This document shows positions 61,009-64,000 of a DNA stretch of 64,000 bases, one piece after another. Under the pieces are notes generated by a model. The model was not told the origin of the DNA. It saw only the letters and a program-made list of their open reading frames with translations, and did not search any database. The position numbers and the translations under genes were made by a program. The stretch comes from Dehalococcoidia bacterium (GTDB lineage Bacteria; Chloroflexota; Dehalococcoidia; Plut-88900). The first letter of the stretch is position 1. The number at the start of each line of letters is the position of its first letter. The stretch is taken from the NCBI GenBank assembly GCA_965197585.1, contig OZ240215.1, positions 2,816,001 to 2,880,000 of the forward strand, written 5' to 3'.

Positions 61009-61293
61009 TCACAACTTGCCTGCAATAGCCAGTAATCGCGTACAAGCTGTGTCAATGGCACCCTCACGTGCAGTCACCTTTCGCCATTTACCTGGACTGT
61101 CGGGGTTGCCAAGCTCGTCGTATTCCACAATGTGGTAACACCGGCCTTGTGCACTCCATTGAATACCTACTCTTCGCTTGGAATTGGGTTCAATGAACAC
61201 AATATCATTGCTGTCCTCATAGGAAATCGTGTTTAGCTTGAAGTCTCTGCCGTAGTAGCTGAATTTATAATCGCCAATTAAAGGCTTTGTCAC
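61009..61293 (-). CDS. hypothetical protein
   Basis: AGGAG SD before GTG; low GC. Confidence 0.55.
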   Translation of the reverse strand: MTKPLIGDYKFSYYGRDFKLNTISYEDSNDIVFIEPNSKRRVGIQWSAQGRCYHIVEYDELGNPDSPGKWRKVTAREGAIDTACTRLLAIAGKL

Positions 61294-61481
61294 AATAATT
61301 CTCCTGCCGACTGGTGAAATCCTTTACACGTTATCATTATCTCACTGATGTTGTGAGTACGCTTACTCGCCGTCACCCGTTCGACGCGTCGACTTTGCTT
61401 GGGGTGAGCGGCCCCTCGGCCCCGGGGAGGGGAATTGGGCTCGTGCTAAGATGTAATTAAACCCCTTTCAGGAGGAGAGCT

Positions 61482-61862
61482 ATGGACCGCAACGAATTGA
61501 AGCAGCGCCTCACTCGAGAGCAGTACCACGTTACCCAGCAGAAGGGCACGGAAAGGCCCTTCAGCGGCGAGCTGTGGAACAACAAGGAGTTGGGGGTGTA
61601 CAGGTGTGTAGTCTGTGACGCCGAGCTGTTCGACTCCAAGACGAAGTTTGAGTCGGGGACCGGGTGGCCGAGCTTCTACGATGCGATGGACAAGTCCAAG
61701 CTGGAGACGGAGACGGACTTCGGCCACGGGATGGTGCGTACGGAGGTGATGTGCAAGGCCTGCGAGGCCCATCTCGGCCACATCTTCCCGGACGGGCCTC
61801 AGCCCACGGGCCTGCGGTACTGCCTGAACTCAGCCTCATTGAAGTTTGAGAAGAAGGAGTAG
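61482..61862 (+). CDS. msrB: peptide-methionine (R)-S-oxide reductase
   Basis: GTERPF, KFESGTGWPSF, HLGHIFPDGP, GLRYCLNS. Confidence 0.96.
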   Translation: MDRNELKQRLTREQYHVTQQKGTERPFSGELWNNKELGVYRCVVCDAELFDSKTKFESGTGWPSFYDAMDKSKLETETDFGHGMVRTEVMCKACEAHLGHIFPDGPQPTGLRYCLNSASLKFEKKE

Positions 61863-61920
61863 GGCCACGACTCTTGGGGTCAGTGGCTGAGTGCTATAAT
61901 GGCCTCATGGGAGGACAGCG

Positions 61921-62238
61921 ATGACCACTGTGGAAGAGCGGCTCAGTCGGCTGGAGGGCGTTTATGATCACCTATCCTCTAAAGCTGACGTTGCCAAGGT
62001 TGAAACGCAGATTGCCGATTTGCGTACGGAGTTGAAGGGGGACATCGCCGGGCTTCGGACGGAGCTGAAGGGGGACATCGCCGGGTTGCGTACGGAGTTG
62101 AAGGGGGACATCGCCGGGCTTCGGACGGAGATTTACAGGGTCAACGCAAGTTCCGTCAAGTGGCTGGTTAGCTTTATGGCAGCCTTCATGGTCGTGGGCC
62201 TAGGTGGCTTCACGGCTATTTACAGGTTTCTCGGCTGA
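61921..62238 (+). CDS. coiled-coil protein with 11-aa repeats and C-terminal TM (DUF1640/CCDC90-like)
   Basis: HLSSKADV, (LRTELKGDIAG)x3, VKWLV hydrophobic tail. Confidence 0.75.
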   Translation: MTTVEERLSRLEGVYDHLSSKADVAKVETQIADLRTELKGDIAGLRTELKGDIAGLRTELKGDIAGLRTEIYRVNASSVKWLVSFMAAFMVVGLGGFTAIYRFLG

Positions 62239-62270
62239 CCGCCTTCTCATCCCCCCGGACACCCACAGGC

Positions 62271-62612
62271 ATGGACTGTATCTTCTGCAAAATCGTGGCG
62301 GGGGAGATACCCGCCGAGGTGCTCCACAGGGACGAGCAGGTCATCGTCATCCGGGACATCAATCCCCAGGCTCCGTTACACCTGCTAGTATTACCCACCG
62401 AGCACCTGGAGTCGGTCCGGGAGATCAAGGCTGGGAACGCATCCCTGGCCGGGCACATGACCATCGTGGCCAACGAGATGGCGCGCAAGGAAGGTGTATT
62501 CGAAAAGGGATACCGGCTCGCCATCAACTGCGGCGATGAGGGGGGCCAGACCGTCGGGCACCTGCATATGCACGTTCTCGGGGGCAGGCAGCTTTCGGGG
62601 CAGCTTGGCTAG
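62271..62612 (+). CDS. histidine triad nucleotide-binding protein
   Basis: DCIFCKIV, DINPQAP, GQTVGHLHMHVLGGR. Confidence 0.93.
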   Translation: MDCIFCKIVAGEIPAEVLHRDEQVIVIRDINPQAPLHLLVLPTEHLESVREIKAGNASLAGHMTIVANEMARKEGVFEKGYRLAINCGDEGGQTVGHLHMHVLGGRQLSGQLG

Positions 62613-62618
62613 TTCGAG

Positions 62619-63191
62619 GTGACCGTCGCCGAGTCCACAATCGAGGAGATCAGGCGCGACGTCGGGCAGCTTTCCAGGAGCCTGTTTGAGCACATCCTGA
62701 GGGTCGAGGAGATCGCTGTCGGGCTGGCCGAGGCACACGGCCTCGATGTGGAGAAGGTGCGCACCGCGGCCCTGCTCCACGATCTGGCTCGGGCCAAGCG
62801 CCCCGAGGAGCTGATTTCTTTAGCCGAGGGTTTCGGCATAGAAATCGGCCCGATGGAGGCCCGGATGCCGATATTCCTGCACGGCTCCGTGGCTGCGGCG
62901 TTGGCTCGCGAGCGTTATGGCGTCGACAATGTGGAGATACTGGAGGCGGTGAGGGTACACACAACGGGGTCGGCGGGCATGGGCCCCGTGGCCCGGGCCG
63001 TCTTCCTCGCCGACAAGCTGGACCCTACCAAGGACCGTCGATACCCGTTCAATACACGGGTGAGGGAGTTGGTGGCGCAGGACCTGGACTCGGCCCTGCT
63101 CGCGTTTCTGGACGGGGAGATAACGGGTCGGGTGGCGGGGGGTGGGGTGGTGCATCCGGCGAGCGTGGCGCTGAGGAATGAGGTTTTGTAG
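62619..63191 (+). CDS. yqeK: YqeK-like HD-domain hydrolase
   Basis: EHILRV, ALLHDLAR, FLHG, AVRVHTTG, FLADKLD. Confidence 0.82.
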   Translation: MTVAESTIEEIRRDVGQLSRSLFEHILRVEEIAVGLAEAHGLDVEKVRTAALLHDLARAKRPEELISLAEGFGIEIGPMEARMPIFLHGSVAAALARERYGVDNVEILEAVRVHTTGSAGMGPVARAVFLADKLDPTKDRRYPFNTRVRELVAQDLDSALLAFLDGEITGRVAGGGVVHPASVALRNEVL

Positions 63192-63395
63192 CCTCCGCCC
63201 CCCGCTCATACTTCGAGAGTCTCCCGCCCCGGCGGTTCTACGACAGCATGAGCGGCCCCACCTCTGGATTCCGGCTCGGGGGCCGGAATAGTGAGGGTTG
63301 GGTTGGGGGAATGTTGACAGGAGGTCGGGCTTTCAGATAGCGTTGCGGCGCAGTCTGAGTCCTTTTAAGCTCCGGCGAAGAGCAAGCCAGGAAGA

Positions 63396-63629
63396 ATGAA
63401 GACCTACGTTTTCAACGTCGAAATGGAGCAAGATGAGGATGGCCGCTGGGGCGCGGGGATACCCGCTCTGCCCGGCTGCGCTACCTGGGGCTACACTGCG
63501 GAAGAAGCCCTGGAAGCGTTGCAAGAGGCGGCCCAAGCCTACCTGGAGGATATGGTGGAGGCGGGCGATTTCAGCCCGGACGGAAGGTTGCGCGTAGGCG
63601 ACGCCCCGGCAGTCACAGTCACGCTGTGA
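63396..63629 (+). CDS. hicB: HicB family antitoxin
   Basis: DEDGRW...PALPGCATWGYTAEEALEALQEA. Confidence 0.88.
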   Translation: MKTYVFNVEMEQDEDGRWGAGIPALPGCATWGYTAEEALEALQEAAQAYLEDMVEAGDFSPDGRLRVGDAPAVTVTL

Positions 63630-63890
63630 CTGACCCGGCCCGGGTGTCGTTCCTGCTCAGGAACACACCTGTACGCGAGATAATCGCGGCACTGGAGAGA
63701 GACGGCTTCGACCTTCGGAGGTCCACGAGGACGGGATCCCGCATCTACCGGCATTCCGATGGCCGCAGAGCGGTCATACACTACCACCGGGGAGGGGATA
63801 CGCTGGTAAGGGAAAACTCTGCGAGAAATCCTGAGAGGGGTCCAATGGACTGAGGCGGACCTGAGGCGGCTGGGGCTAATCAGGAATTGA
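63626..63890 (+). pseudogene. hicA: HicA family toxin with a 1-nt frameshift
   Basis: ALERDGF, TGSRIYRHSDGR, HYHRGGDTL; the C-terminus KTLREILRGVQWTEADLRRLGLIRN lies in the +1 frame after AGGGAAAA (~63809-63816). Confidence 0.75.
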
Positions 63891-63897
63891 GCCGAGC

Positions 63898-63951
63898 GGG
63901 GGTGGGGTGGTGCATCCAGCGTCGGTGGTGCTAAGGAATGAGTTGCTATAA
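63898..63951 (+). pseudogene. duplicated 3' end of the yqeK-like gene
   Basis: GGGVVHPASVVLRNELL* vs GGGVVHPASVALRNEVL* at 63138-63191. Confidence 0.85.
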
Positions 63952-64000
63952 CCTGCCCCGCTCATTCTTCGACGGGGCTCAGTATGAGCGTCCCCGGGGA

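Overview
High-GC bacterial chromosome segment, most likely Chloroflexota class Dehalococcoidia (SAR202-like); this is inferred from the DUF2298/YYY glycosyltransferase, tandem SDR paralogues, T-box-regulated type-2 IleRS and Pro/Thr-linker lipoproteins. The backbone is housekeeping (acs, ADP-forming acyl-CoA ligase, ileS, rph, eno, gap, msrB, HIT, yqeK-like, UbiE/MenG). It is peppered with REP-like palindromes, about six toxin-antitoxin-like pairs and small lower-GC inserts. The main candidate system is a minus-strand phage head/packaging module at 45009-58278: TerS-like, TerL with a probable CTG start, a Cys-rich HTH protein, portal, scaffold, major capsid, adaptor and one tail-like protein. 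It has no integrase, replication or endolysin genes, has host-like composition, and is split into operons by host genes and REPs. Two of its promoters share an identical architecture: an AGTGACAYGRACC box, TTGAC -35, an 18-nt spacer and a LexA-like box. This looks like a domesticated, SOS-linked, gene-transfer-agent-like element. A third promoter with the same architecture lies about 33 kb away, upstream of a ~400-nt highly structured non-coding region. Five integrase-free inserts are each flanked by 30-170 bp direct repeats of host gene ends or promoters; the coding ones differ mainly at synonymous sites. Other observations: an unannotated CxxU selenoprotein, a GIHH-motif IleRS, a PLD-winged-helix nuclease facing a methyltransferase, and a frameshifted HicA. 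All family assignments come from motif recognition by eye; no database search was run.
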